A stretch of DNA of 64,000 nucleotides from Lama glama (Eukaryota). Within the stretch, counting starts at the first letter, position 1, and each line of letters begins with the position of its first letter. The notes beneath the pieces are model-generated. The model saw only the letters and a program-made list of their open reading frames with translations, ran no database searches and was not told the DNA's origin. The translations under genes and the position numbers were made by a program. Of the stretch, positions 1 through 12,620 are shown one piece after another. The DNA lies in NCBI GenBank assembly GCA_028534125.1, contig CM052816.1, positions 72,170,001-72,234,000 of the forward strand, read 5' to 3'.

Positions 1-253
1 AGACGTCAAAAGCAAGGGCGTCGTTTAACTAGATTCTTAATTTGGAATGAACCAGGGTTTTTTGACTTAGCATGAATTTATAACACTTCTTAGAAAATAA
101 AAATGTGTTAGAAAGTCATATATCGAAATGAGAAGCCTTGAAAATTGTCGTTTCAGAGTACTTTCACTTCGACAGGCAGGTGTGAATTTTAAAGGTGGCA
201 TGGTTCTAGAGGCTATCAATAAAGTAGAAATTTATTCCTTTAGTTAAAGATTA

Positions 254-373
254 AAGAATATGAAAACAAACATATGTATGTATATGCATGACTAGGACAT
301 TGTGATGTACACAAGAAATTGACACATAACTGACTGTACTTCAATTTTAAAAAATCAATATATAAAAGACAAA
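254..373 (+). mobile_element. 5'-truncated L1 3' end
   Basis: Same 3' UTR terminus (…gaaattgacaca…actgactgtacttcaat + A-rich tail) as other L1 copies in the window; AAAGATTA on both sides (246-253, 374-381) as a likely TSD. Confidence 0.8.
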
Positions 374-2819
374 AAAGATTATTTTACTTTACTGCTTTAT
401 CAGTGATCATAAATCAAGTTTTTTATTATCACACAAGACTAAATCTAATTATGGCAACTGTATGATTAAGGGTAGTATAATGTCTATCTTTAAAAAAAAT
501 GTTCTTGCTTGGGGACATTAAATAAGTTTTAATTAGAAGTTCAGGGAAGATGCTCCTTCTATTTCTAAAAGGACCAAATTCAAGAACATTTAAATTATAC
601 AACTAAAGATGAACACATTTCCAGTAAGTTTCAAACTATATATTCTGCAAATTAGTCCACAAAAGTAGGAAAACTGAATTCTGTTTTATTTAAAAGGTCA
701 GTTGTCAAAACAAGAAAAACGTATTAGTTTATGTTTACAAGCTGTAATAGTCACAACTCCACAATTACATCCATTATTTTCATGAGTCAGAGCTGGAAGA
801 GCAAGGTCAAATTCTTGAATTTTTAAAAAATGAAAATATGACAAAAAACAAGTTTCTAAATAGAAAAGGAAAAAGTTCTAAATGCTGTGTATCACTGTGT
901 TGCTGAACAAAAACAAAATTTCTCAAAATGTACCCTCTCTGTAGCCCCTTGAGCAAGGTAAGATCTTCCTTGGATGTGGTTATTATCTATGAAGAAGAAA
1001 AAAATTTATTTTGGAATCGTTAATCAACACGTGCTTTAATGATCTTTTTAAGCAAATTTTCTCTTTAACAACTTAAAATTTTCCAGATTTCAAAAGAGCC
1101 AATCTTATTAAACAAAGTCACTTCAAAAATGATTATTCAAACTGGAAATGTAATTATTTAATTAGAATGTCATATAATATGCTACTTATGAAAACTATGC
1201 CAAGGAGAGCAAATTAATATTTATAAAAAAGGTTTCAGGTAAAAAGCACATTTTTCGTTAGAAAAATTAAATAAAGGCTTTATCCCTTGGTAACCAAATT
1301 CACTATGCTTTGAACTTTGTTTTGATGACTTCCCCCAGTCCATACCCCACCATATACAATCAACACACTCAACCCTACATATCCAGTCAACGCCAAATCC
1401 TGCCATTTAATATCTCTTCAGTTCACCCACTTATCCTCATCCTTACAGCCACTACTGTAACAGTCTCCTGTTATTAAGAGATGACTTAGGCTGTCAAATC
1501 TTTCATCTGTGTTAGGTTAACCAAACTCCAAAAATTAAAATCTGTAACTTGAATTCATGTCAGTCATTAAAAATAAATCAAGTTTAAAATCAGAATGTGG
1601 GTATTCAAACAATGTAAGATTTAAATATAAATCCTAATATAAAAAATTCTCCATGGCATAATCTGGGGAATTCCCATTGTCTCAGAGATACAGAAATTCA
1701 GAAACTCTAATACCATTAAAAAGTGTTTTAATGAGTATGCAGACGGATCTGGAGTACTACTTGGAGGATTATCTAGTAACTACCTCAAGTGCGAGAGTGA
1801 GCATTATTACTAAGGATAATGATTATCTTGAGAGAAGGCTTTAGCTAGATAAAAAAAAATAAGACATGGGAGTTTATGGAACAGCAGCTGAATTAACCTT
1901 ACCACGTTAATTTAATATTGCATTCATAGGGGGAAAATGCAATTTTGAGAAATGATGCCTAACACAAGTATTCAGTTATTAAGTGTAAGTAACAGTCAAG
2001 AGACTAAAATAAGCCTAAAGAGACTAAAATAAAATAGTTAAGAGGAAAACCAAACATATATTCCAGTTCTTGCACATTTGAATACTTGCCTTAAAGCACT
2101 GTTTAGTCAATTTAGGTCACATTATGTTTATTTCCTTGCAGTTGACCAAATTAAGTCTCCAACTTCACTGTGTTACAGAAAAGCAAAACAAAAATTTATA
2201 TTTGGACACTACAAGCTACTCAAGTAAAGAAGTTTTTATGTGTGAAGTTATTTTCTTGTCTCCCAACTGTGAATGAAATTATCTACAGAATAATCAATAG
2301 TTAGTTGGAACTTGGTTTTCTCCACAGAGAAGCTTTATCCTCTCACTTAGAGAATTTTAGAGGAAAATCATATAGAGGGAAGTTCTTTTTTTGAGCATAA
2401 TGGCAACATATTAAAAACATCAGCTTTTTTCACCTCTAAATCAGTGTAACTCTTTCTTCTGGAAACTGATTCTGGCACATCTGGCCCTTGCCCTAGCAGG
2501 AAGAGGACAAATGTGGATGATTTAAGACTTAAGTCCAGTATTTTCTTTAACTTACACCAGTAACACCATCTGAAAGTCTCATTTTTCTAACCAAAATGCC
2601 TACAGTTGGACTCTTAGAAATGGATATGTATTTACTCTGGCTTAAATAATCCACTCATTTTCAGTGAAGACAGGTTCCATGAGCCATGCTGTCTGTCCTT
2701 TTGAATGTTAATGGAACTTTTATTTATCCAATGGGTGACATTATCCTATCAAGAATGTATCAGCCAGAGAAAAACAATGGGAGACCTCAGCTACACGCAA
2801 AGACCTCTAATGTCCTAGC

Positions 2820-2980
2820 AACTTACTACTACTCAGAATATGGCCCACAGTCCAGCAGCATCAACTCATCTACAGCTTATTAGAGATATTACACCTTGAC
2901 CCATCTCAGACCTACTGAATCTACATGTGCATTTCAAACAGATGCTCAAGTGACCCCTAAGACATTCAACTTTGACACTT
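2820..2980. mobile_element. MER5A-like hAT-Charlie relic
   Basis: Diverged match to recalled MER5A layout (ctactcagaatatggccc…ccagcagcatca…cctactgaatc…tgcatttcaaacagatgctcaagtga). Confidence 0.5.
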
Positions 2981-5900
2981 AGCATACTGGTTTTTCCATC
3001 ATACTGAATAATGGAGATGGCACTATAAATAATTTGGCTGCCCACAAGACTCTTTCTCAGATCATTTTGGGAGGAACCTGAAGCAGGTGATGATGCCTTA
3101 CTGAAGATGGCTGAGTAAATACATACTTCCTCTGATCTGACTACCTCTTCACATTGATGTGCTCTTAAGCCAACCGAGGCACTGAGGCAGCTCTAGAAAT
3201 GAGATTACATGGAAAATGTACATACACACTTTGTAAATGGTGAGGTCTTAAATAGCAGTTGGTGCTGTGATATTTTTTCTGCAGATCCCAATTCTGCCAA
3301 AGATCCAAGTTCTTTAGGTCATGGACTTGGCAAAGGAGGAATCTAAAGGGTCAACAAACCCAGCAATCCTTTCCATGGTCCAGTGAGGGAGGCCTTTCCC
3401 AATCTTTCATTCACTTGGTCAGTCATTTAACACAAACTTACTCAACACTACCTGTGTCCTGCCACATTAAGGATTAAGAATTACAGACAGTGGAGAATAA
3501 AACAGACACAACTCTGTCCTATGGGACTGACATTATCACAGGTCTAGGACAGGTATCATCCTGTTCCAACAAGACACACAAGATCCAGTGACAACACAAG
3601 TCCTCATTTCCTGAACGGAGGGATGTGGAAAAGTATTTTTCCACTATAGTTCCAAGGAGGCAAGGTTGGAACTTTTCCCAAAGGAAAAAAAATTTTTTTC
3701 CTGTGCAACTAAGTAAAATCCTGTTCTAAGTCTTCCCAGCGGGGGATGACATGTCTTGAATAGATTTACTTGGTACATTTTTAACTTACCAGTTAGAAGC
3801 CACAGATCATCTTGGCTAGAACATCTTATACAACACCTAGTCTTCTAATCCTTTTCCTTCCCTGAACCTTTTTCAAGGAACCTCTGGCCCCATAGATTCT
3901 TCTCAGATGTTTATTTTGTTTCCCTTTTATTTTCTCCAATGGCTTTTCCTTCTATTCAGAAAGGGAGTAAAGCGAAAATCTCATCAGGACAAGAGACTGA
4001 TTATTCTTTGAGTAATGGTCTCTTGCTTTTTTCCTGCTCTTCAATGTGCTGGAGGGGGGATGGGGGGTTAGAAATTCCATTTTCATTGAGATTCTGCTGC
4101 ATGTCAAACTCTCAGGTATAACTTCCCACTTCATATAAGGCAAAGGGTCATCGGACAAAGTAATAAGAAGTGAAAAGATGCTAAGGAGTAAGAGGGGGAT
4201 ATGAAGAACCTGCGAGGAGGTAACTGATTTGAGAGTATTTCACTTTTAACATTCATAGAAGTCCTAGGAGTCTCAAGAAGCCCTGAAAACAGGGAAAGCT
4301 TTAGATTACTATGCACACCTTACCATGCAAGGGGTCACGCTGAATTCATCTGTTTCCCTGGTGCATGCCTGTATCTGTCGGAATGGTGGGTGAGTAAACC
4401 AACCAGTAAATACTTAACACATTTTGTTCTCAGAGGTTTTCTTATCTAAGCCTCCAATTTCATCATGAAGCACCAACTCACTCATTTGTTTACTGATGCA
4501 CTCCACTGAGAAATAGTCACTGAGCACCAAGCGTGTCCCATGCTAGGCCCTGGACAACATGACACCAAAGCCCTTGTGGAGTTCACCGTCCAGAGGAAAA
4601 GTAAACTCTGACCAAGGCATCATATAGAGATGTGTGAAATTTCAGGTACAGTGCTGTGAGAAATGTCCAATGGGAGGCTCTCACCTAATGAGACAGTGGA
4701 GGCTCTCCTGTGACACTTAAGCAGTGAAGGTTACAAAGGAGACATACAAGGGAAGTGGTGCCACGGATCTGACACTGATTACTTTCAATATTAGTGAAAT
4801 GAATTACAGTGAATAATAGTTTATAAGCCTCATGCTAAATTACATTATAAATGACAAATGAGAATATTATTTACATAAAAAGACATGGCTTTACCAATCT
4901 ATCACCACCAACACAGCTGTCAAGAAAATGATGCAAATTATTTTGGCTTCTTATGGAATCATTAAGCCTCTTTAACATCTTGATTTAAGTATCAATTTTC
5001 TTCTTTCAAAGACAATTCAAATAAAAGAGACAGGATTTCCAGATAAGATGCCGGCAGCCTGTCCAGTAACTTTCCAAAATCCTAGGGTTTTTGACACAGA
5101 AGGATAGGGGCCTATTTTCAGACCCAGTCTTTTTCATGTCCTGAGTGACAGTTGTGGCAGCAAGCCTGGGTCTCACTATCTTAAGCGAGAATAAGAACAC
5201 CCAAGGCAAGAGCAGTACGTCCAGAGGCAGAGAGAGAGATAAGAGGGTTGAGTCCTCAAGGTCTGATAGCCAGAGTTAAGTTTGCAAAAGCATAAGAAAT
5301 TCCAAGAGCTACAGACAGTCAATTAAGGACAGGGCAATGAGCTCAAGGGGCAAGCAAACAGACAAAAAACTACAAACGTGGAAAGGTCAAAGCCTGAGAA
5401 GTGACTGGAAAAAGGAAAAGAAACAAACAAACAAAAATAAACCAAACAAACAAAACTAGGAGTGATGTTAGTCAAGTCAAGGGGGGAAAGACTTTACGGA
5501 AGACACCAGGTAGAAGGTGATGGATCAGAGCAGCTAGGGCAGAGGGCAGGTATCCGTGGGCAGCACATAAATGGGAAATAAAGAGCACAGAACATTAATG
5601 AAGGGGGAAGGAGAAAGGAGGCAGTTGATGGGTAAAACAGGATTGCTACTTTGTTTTTAGATCATATAATCTTGGCTGCATTACAGTCTTCATCCTTTCA
5701 TATTGAAGATCATGGGTTAATCATCCAAGAAATTTACCAGATGTTTTTCACATACATTAAAATATGGTGCCTCGGATGCTCAAATATAAAATTTGAGACA
5801 ATTTTTCAGCTACCCAACTTTAAACTAATCTTAGAACAAAACTTTCAGCTTTCACCCAGGTAAAGTTGAAAAGAATTATAATTTTTTAAAAAATTATTTG

Positions 5901-6591
5901 AGGCAGCCCAGACAGTCTACAAAGTGACTATACACTAATAAAAGACAGACTAACTCACAGAAGGGGCTAAGGCACCGTTTGATTCTCCTCAATCCTTTGC
6001 TACATTATCTATTTGAAATTAATTTGAAGTAACTGTTTTTCTTTCCCTCATTTAAGACAAAATCTTTTTTCTCTCCTGTATAACCATTAAACTGATGTAC
6101 AGGTTTAATTGATAAGATTCATATAATTCCTAACAATAAATAGCATATATTTCTTTCATCTGGATCGTCTTTGTTCAAAAATAAACAGTAAATTCATTGA
6201 AATATATCAAAATAACGCCATAGTGGAGAATGACTTTTGAATTCACTCAAGTGAAAATTTTTGAAATTTATAAATCCCACAGCAACTCTTAATCACAAAA
6301 ACATTGCTCAAGTACACTAAAGCTTAAATTTTCAAAAGTAAATCAACTTGTTCAAAAGTAAATCAAATTGCAGTGCTTCTGGAAATAATAATTCCTTATC
6401 TGCTGAGTATTTTTAAATCAAAATAATGTATTACTGGGGGGGGGGTGGAGGGAGCGTTTAGAAATAATCCATTACTGTCCTAATCAATGAAGCCAGCATT
6501 TAAAAATTAAAAAGAAAATTGAGCACTAACTAAATGAAAAAAAGTAATCACACTTATTTTTAAAAAGAATCATAAAAAAGAAAGACCAATG

Positions 6592-8075
6592 CCTATTCAA
6601 CAGTCTTGGAAGTCCTAGCCACAGCAATCAGGCAAGAGAGAGAAATAAAAGGGATTCAAATTGGAAAAGAGGTAAAAGTGTCACTATATGCAGATGACAT
6701 GATACTATATACAGAAAACCCTAAAAGGTCCACACAAAAACTACTAGAACTAATCGAAGAATTCAGCAAGGTAGCAGGTTACAAGATTAACGTTCAAAAA
6801 TCAGTTGCATTTATTTACACTAATGATGAATCAACAGAAAAAGAAAGTAAATGATCCCCTTTAAAATAGCATCCAAAGTAATAAAATACCTAGGAATAAA
6901 TCAAACCAAGGAGGTGATAGACTTATACACAGAAAACTATAAACCACTGATGAAGGAAATTAAAGAAGACTTTTAAAAAATGGAAAGATATCCCATGCTT
7001 CTGGATTGGAAGAATCAATATTGTTAAAATGGTCATACTGACCAAGGCAATCTACAGATTTAATGCAATCCCTATCAAATTACCCAGGACATATTTCACA
7101 GAACTAGAACAAATCATAATAAAATTTATATGGAACCACAGAAGACNNNNNNNNNNNNNNNNNNNNNNNNNNNNNNNNNNNNNNNNNNNNNNNNNNNNNN
7201 NNNNNNNNNNNNNNNNNNNNNNNNNNNNNNNNNNNNNNNNNNNNNNNNNNNNNNNNNNNNNNNNNNNNNNNNNNNNNNNNNNNNNNNNNNNNNNNNNNNN
7301 NNNNNNNNNNNNNNNNNNNNNNNNNNNNNNNNNNNNNNNNNNNNNNNNNNNNNNNNNNNNNNNNNNNNNNNNNNNNNNNNNNNNNNNNNNNNNNNNNNNN
7401 NNNNNNNNNNNNNNNNNNNNNNNNNNNNNNNNNNNNNNNNNNNNNNNNNNNNNNNNNNNNNNNNNNNNNNNNNNNNNNNNNNNNNNNNNNNNNNNNNNNN
7501 NNNNNNNNNNNNNNNNNNNNNNNNNNNNNNNNNNNNNNNNNNNNNNNNNNNNNNNNNNNNNNNNNNNNNNNNNNNNNNNNNNNNNNNNNNNNNNNNNNNN
7601 NNNNNNNNNNNNNNNNNNNNNNNNNNNNNNNNNNNNNNNNNNNNNNTGCAGCAACATGGATGTCCCTGGAGAATGTCATTCTAAGTGAAGTAAGCCAGAA
7701 AGAAAAAGACAAATACCATATGAGATTGCTCAGATGTGGAATCTAAAAAAAGACATAAATACAAAACAGAAACAGACTCATAGATATAAAATACAAACTT
7801 GTGGTTGCCAAGGGGGCGGGGGGTGGGAAGGGACAGACTGGAAGTTCAAAATTTTTAGATACTGATGGGCATATGCAGAATAGATAAACAAGATTATACT
7901 GTATAGCACAGGGAAATATATACAAGATCTTGTGGTAGGTCACAGCAAAAAAAAAAGTGACAAATGAATACATGTATGTTCATGTATAACTGAAAAATTG
8001 TTCTCTACACTGGAATTTGACACAACATTGTAAAATGACTATCACTCAATAAAAATGTAAAAAAAAAAAAGAAAG
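6592..8075 (+). mobile_element. LINE-1, 5'-truncated: ORF2 RT region, gap, 3' UTR and poly(A)
   Basis: ORFs [34 protein letters not shown] (RT catalytic YADD) and [17 protein letters not shown] are L1 ORF2, broken by frameshifts/stops; AATAAA and A-tail at ~8048-8075; imperfect TSD aagaaagaccaatg / aagaaagatctatg. Confidence 0.95.
7147..7646. other. Assembly gap (500 N)
   Basis: Run of exactly 500 N. Confidence 1.
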
Positions 8076-8689
8076 AAAGATCTATGAAAATATTTTGCTC
8101 TTCTACTGACAATACCAATCATTAATTAATGAGCACCCATTATTAGTCAAGGTTACAGAATCTACCCATTTGCTTTTGTGAAGTGTGTCTAACAAATATT
8201 CAATTAGCTAAACTGGTCAGACTCCAAGAATCATTTACAACCTAGTTCACTGCTTTAGAAGGTCTGGATGACTAAGCAGGAACCTGGACCAGGTTGTTAC
8301 CTTTTTCATTTTCTAAGCACCCAGGGCACTGCATCAGGTAATGGTCCTACTTAAAGCTCAGGCCTCCTTGAGCATTGACAATTCAGCATGTTTGTCAAGA
8401 CACTGGCCACTTGTATTTATTCCCCCTCCATTTCTATACTTGGGAGCGGATTATTCCATACAGAATATACAGTCAGGTACACATGGCCCCAGTTCCAAGA
8501 AGCTGGACTGACAAGCTCATAGTTAAAACCAAGGTTCTCGAAGCCACCCTAAAAAAATGCCTCCAGGACACAAAATTTTATAAGCAGAGCTGAATCCTCC
8601 TCCAACAAGACAGGTTGGTCTGAGACTCTCTAAGGAGATTTTGATCAAATCCAGGAGAATAAACATGAAAACATATTCAAACTGACTAC

Positions 8690-9010
8690 CAATTAAATAA
8701 ATGCAAATTAAAACTATAATGAGATTCAACTTGGTGTGTATGGAGCTGGCAAAAATTAAAAAGAATTCTCACATCCTTCAAGAGCTAAGTCATAAGAGTG
8801 CTGGCAGGAGTGTAAATTGGTGTCACTTTCTAAGGGCAATTTCGCAACATGTGTCAAAAGACTCAGAATTTTCACTCTAGAGATATATTATGAGTTAACA
8901 GACAAGCGCCAGAAAATGTAAGTACAAGGATCCTTGTTCACCGCAGGATACTGAAAGCAACAAAAATGTTCACAAATGGTAGCTTCAAGCATAAAATATG
9001 GTACAGGAAG
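8690..9010 (+). mobile_element. Old L1M ORF2 C-terminal fragment
   Basis: aaatgcaaattaaaactataatgagat (MQIKTIMR-like) and gtgctggcaggagtgtaaattgg are typical of degraded L1M. Confidence 0.65.
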
Positions 9011-10229
9011 GGGTTATAGATAATTATTTATTGCTATTGCTAGGTGGAGAAAAAAGGCTATTTAACAAAACATTATTTAGGAATTTAGGATAATCCTTCT
9101 TTATACATAATAAATAAGAGTGAGAAAGAGAGAGCAAATGCAGGTGTGTGTGTGTCTATGTGTACAGAAAAATACACTGAAGATATCAGACCGTTAATCC
9201 ATGATCTGTGGGTGCTGAAACTAAAAGCAATTTTACTTTCTTCTTCATAGCCTTCTGCATTGTCAGGGCTATGAGAACAAGTATGAATAAAGATATGGGC
9301 AATGTAGACATGAATATAACAAACGAAAAAACTTTAGAAATTTCTATAACATTATCCAAGACTTCTATAAATATTATTATGTTCTACCTTGAAGCAGGTT
9401 CTGAACTCCTGAGAAAATCAACACAATCAGCAACACCTGGACAGAATTAATTTCCTAATGGCTTCAGAACATGGCTTCGATTCAAAATGTTGGCTGCACG
9501 TAATCCATCCTGTGCCTGGGGATGCTTTCGACTGCAGTGTTAAGACAAATGAACAAAGGGGAAGAAAACACGGGGCCATAATAGCGACTGCCCACGCTTA
9601 TTCAAGTTTTATTTGAGAGCGGCCATTTACAAACCAGTGGGGGAAATCACTGGTCAGTTGTAATAAATCCTTAAAAGGAAAGGAAAAAGAGCATTTAAAA
9701 TAGTCCTTTCATTTATTGTCAATTGACAATTTAGCTTAAAAATCTATCTATCAATTGCATTTTAGTTTGGTGATCATCTTGACAACTGCTATGTTTCATT
9801 TATATAAAGGATTCCTAAGGGCAGTCCTCAATATCCTTATAATAAAAATTTTAAGAGCTCTTCTTTTCCTGGGCCAGTCATTTAGAGACACAGATAAGAA
9901 CAATATACATTCTTGCCTCAAAGAATATAAAGTCAAGAAGTAAATTCAGGCAGGCAAGCCAAAAATTATAAATCACTGTTTTAACTGGTATAACAAAGAA
10001 GCATGGGGTGCCCTGGGAGTGCAGAGCGAGTGCCTCCAAGACCCAGTGTGACTACTTAAGCAGAATTTTTAAATTGTTAGTAAGATTTCGTCAAATGGAT
10101 GAGAGGTAAAGGGTGTTAATTTTTACCATCCTGTGGGAGAAAAAGCAATCATGGGGACAAAGGAGTTTCCCATCAATAGGACTGTCTAATTAGGTCCCAA
10201 GAGCATTCACTCCTTCATTCAAATGTTGT

Positions 10230-12620
10230 GATCATCTACTTTAACTCGGGCACTGTGCTAAGTGAAAAAGAAACTGTTTTTTGCTTTTAGGGAGTATAAA
10301 AACAGAGTCACAAGTAGGGAATTTTAATTATGAGGTCACTATACATACGGCTAAGTATTAGGGGCTACAGTAGCACCTGGGAGAGACACATACTCCAATC
10401 TTGAGAGTTTCTGGGAAAACTTGGGGGAAATGACATGAAATTGAAATCAAAACAAACAGGAGTGAACTATGCAATACAAAAATAAATATCTAAAGTATAT
10501 AAAGTGGTGAGGATTAATGAGTTACAGCTAGGAAAATGAAGAGATGCCTGATCACAAAGGAGCTTTTGAATGACATGATGAAGAATTTAGATTCACTCTG
10601 TGGTCAGTGGATAAACCAGAAAGGGCTTTAAGAGGAGGAAATAATATAATCAGATTTATACTTAAGATTGTTTTGCTGTGGGTGGAATGGAATGGAATGG
10701 AATGAAGCAAGACTGAAAGGAGAGTCACTCGGAAAAGGCTCTTAGAATAATCAAAGAAAGGAATAATCTGGTGGTCAGAACTAAAGTAGAGGGGGTTGGG
10801 ATGGAAAGTTGCCACCACTCAGTAACAAACATTTCACTGACATTAAGGAAGTAAAAAAATCAGTAAGAACATGGTGATTGATTATACATAGGGAGTGTGG
10901 GCAACAAACGCATTTCGGATGCCACCCAAGGTTTTCACATGGGTAAACATGTGAGTAGTGAGTAGTGGAGTCATTCAATGGCACAGGAACTTGGGACAGG
11001 GTAGAAGATGAGTTTCGTCTTTGACATATTTAGTTTGAAGATTCTTAAAATGTCCAAGTTGGGGTGCCTAGTAGACACGCAGATATAAAGAACATCGATC
11101 TGGGCTGAAAAAAACAAGCAGCAGGAATTTGCGAGATCTGAGACATGACAATAATGAGATTAACTCAACACAAGGACATTGATGGAGATTTCCTGGGATG
11201 TTTGGAGTAAGCACAAATGAGGGAACAGAAGGGAATGTTAAGTTACACTGACATTTAAGGGACTAGAATAGGAAATGGAGCCCATAAAAGGAGGCAGCAG
11301 TCAGAGATGTGGGGTAGAACCAGGAGTCCATCACAGAGGCCAAGCGGGAAGAGCATTTCTAAAGGGAAGGCGTGATTAACCCTGTCAAAGGCTACATTTG
11401 AGCAAGTCAAGCAAAATAGGAGCTGGGTCAATGGAGCGCAGGAGGCAACACAAGATTGCTGTGCAGCTGAAGGGAAAAGCAGAGGACGGCGGGAAAAGAA
11501 CACAGACACTTCTATAGGAGAATTTGGCTCTGGAGGGGAGGAAAGCAGGAGCAAAAGGAGAACAAAGAAACAAGGGAGGGTATTTTGCAGGCTTGTTTGT
11601 TTTTTTTTCTTCTTCTTCTTCTTCTTCTTTTCTTGAGACAGAGAGGAACTGGTGAGGAGAAGGTGGATGAAAGATTTGTTCCAGAGCGCACAGGGAGATG
11701 TCAGCACGTGGGCCACATGCTCCTTTTCCAGTGACATCGAATGACTGAAGATGGGATGATCAAAAACAGACTGGCCTGGGGGTACCTGGCAAAAAGTAAA
11801 AAGAGCTACTACCTTTTGGTTACTGACTTTTATGTGAATTTTGATGGCATGTCATGTGGAAGAAGGTGAAGGAATAAGAAGTTTGAGAAGGGAGGTAGAG
11901 AAAGAGTAACTACTATGGAAAACAAGAGAGAGAGCTGAACAGGGAGACAGATGGTACTTGTGTCTCACTATGCAATATCCTTTCAACAATTTATGTAGTA
12001 CGTGAATGTGAGGACCCAGCTGAGGTTGGAGATCATATGTTTAGGAACATTAATTGTCACTCGTGGGTTTCTATCTGCAGAAATGTGGATCAGCCTAGGG
12101 AGAGGGGTGGAGTGGGAGGTAGATAGATCTTAGATGGGGTTTAACTAGATGGGTCCAACAGAAAGCTAAAAGGACACAGGAGTTGAGAGGATATTGCCCA
12201 ATGGGTCTTTGAAATGACAGAACAAGGCTAAAAGGGGAAGGAGTAAAATTAGGGAGAAGTTAATAAAGAAAGTAAACAGGCCATGAGATCCAGGTCTCGA
12301 TGAAGTGGTAGTAACACTGTGACAGCTGGACAGACGGCACACTGACAGTGTCAGAGAGTGAGGAGTGTGGGTTAAATATGCCAGAGTTTAAGCAGTTCTA
12401 GGAGACAGCAGGTTTCAGGGTGTAACAATGAGGTGAGTGGCTAAAATGGTTAGGATGTGAAAACACTAGTGTTGAGAGAGCCAAGAAATTAAGAGGCCTC
12501 TGCATATCAAGAGGTCATCAATGTTTTGAAGTCACTGGTGTGCTGCCAGGATTTAGGGTTGACTGGAAAACTGCAAACTAGGTGTCAAAGTCCTCAATAA
12601 ATGAGGGAGAATGACCAGGA
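10230..12620 (-). mobile_element. LINE-2 relic including ORF2 RT remnants
   Basis: Minus-strand peptides ILLDL… and AFDRVNHAFPLEMLFPLGLCD resemble the L2/CR1 RT motif ILLDLSAAFDTVDH..LL..L..LG; purine-rich plus strand typical of antisense L2. Boundaries approximate. Confidence 0.75.

Noticed and set aside
1665..1675. Isolated kB-like site GGGGAATTCCC (also GGGAATTTCCC at 57446-57456)
   Set aside because: Single motifs with no supporting cluster, and the second lies within a retroviral relic; compatible with chance in 64 kb.
1999..6370. Short ~20-bp tandem duplications (~1999-2033 and ~6331-6370)
   Set aside because: Common slippage products in AT-rich intron with no further structure.
7029..7712. 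ORFs of 184-219 aa
   Set aside because: Artefacts of translating through the N gap; the real parts are L1 ORF2.
10683..10704. (GGAAT)n resembling satellite III
   Set aside because: Only ~4 units inside an L2 relic; a simple microsatellite.
11255..11737. 160-aa minus ORF with poly-Lys and a hydrophobic stretch
   Set aside because: The poly-K comes from a (TTC)n/T microsatellite inside a decayed L2; not a host gene.
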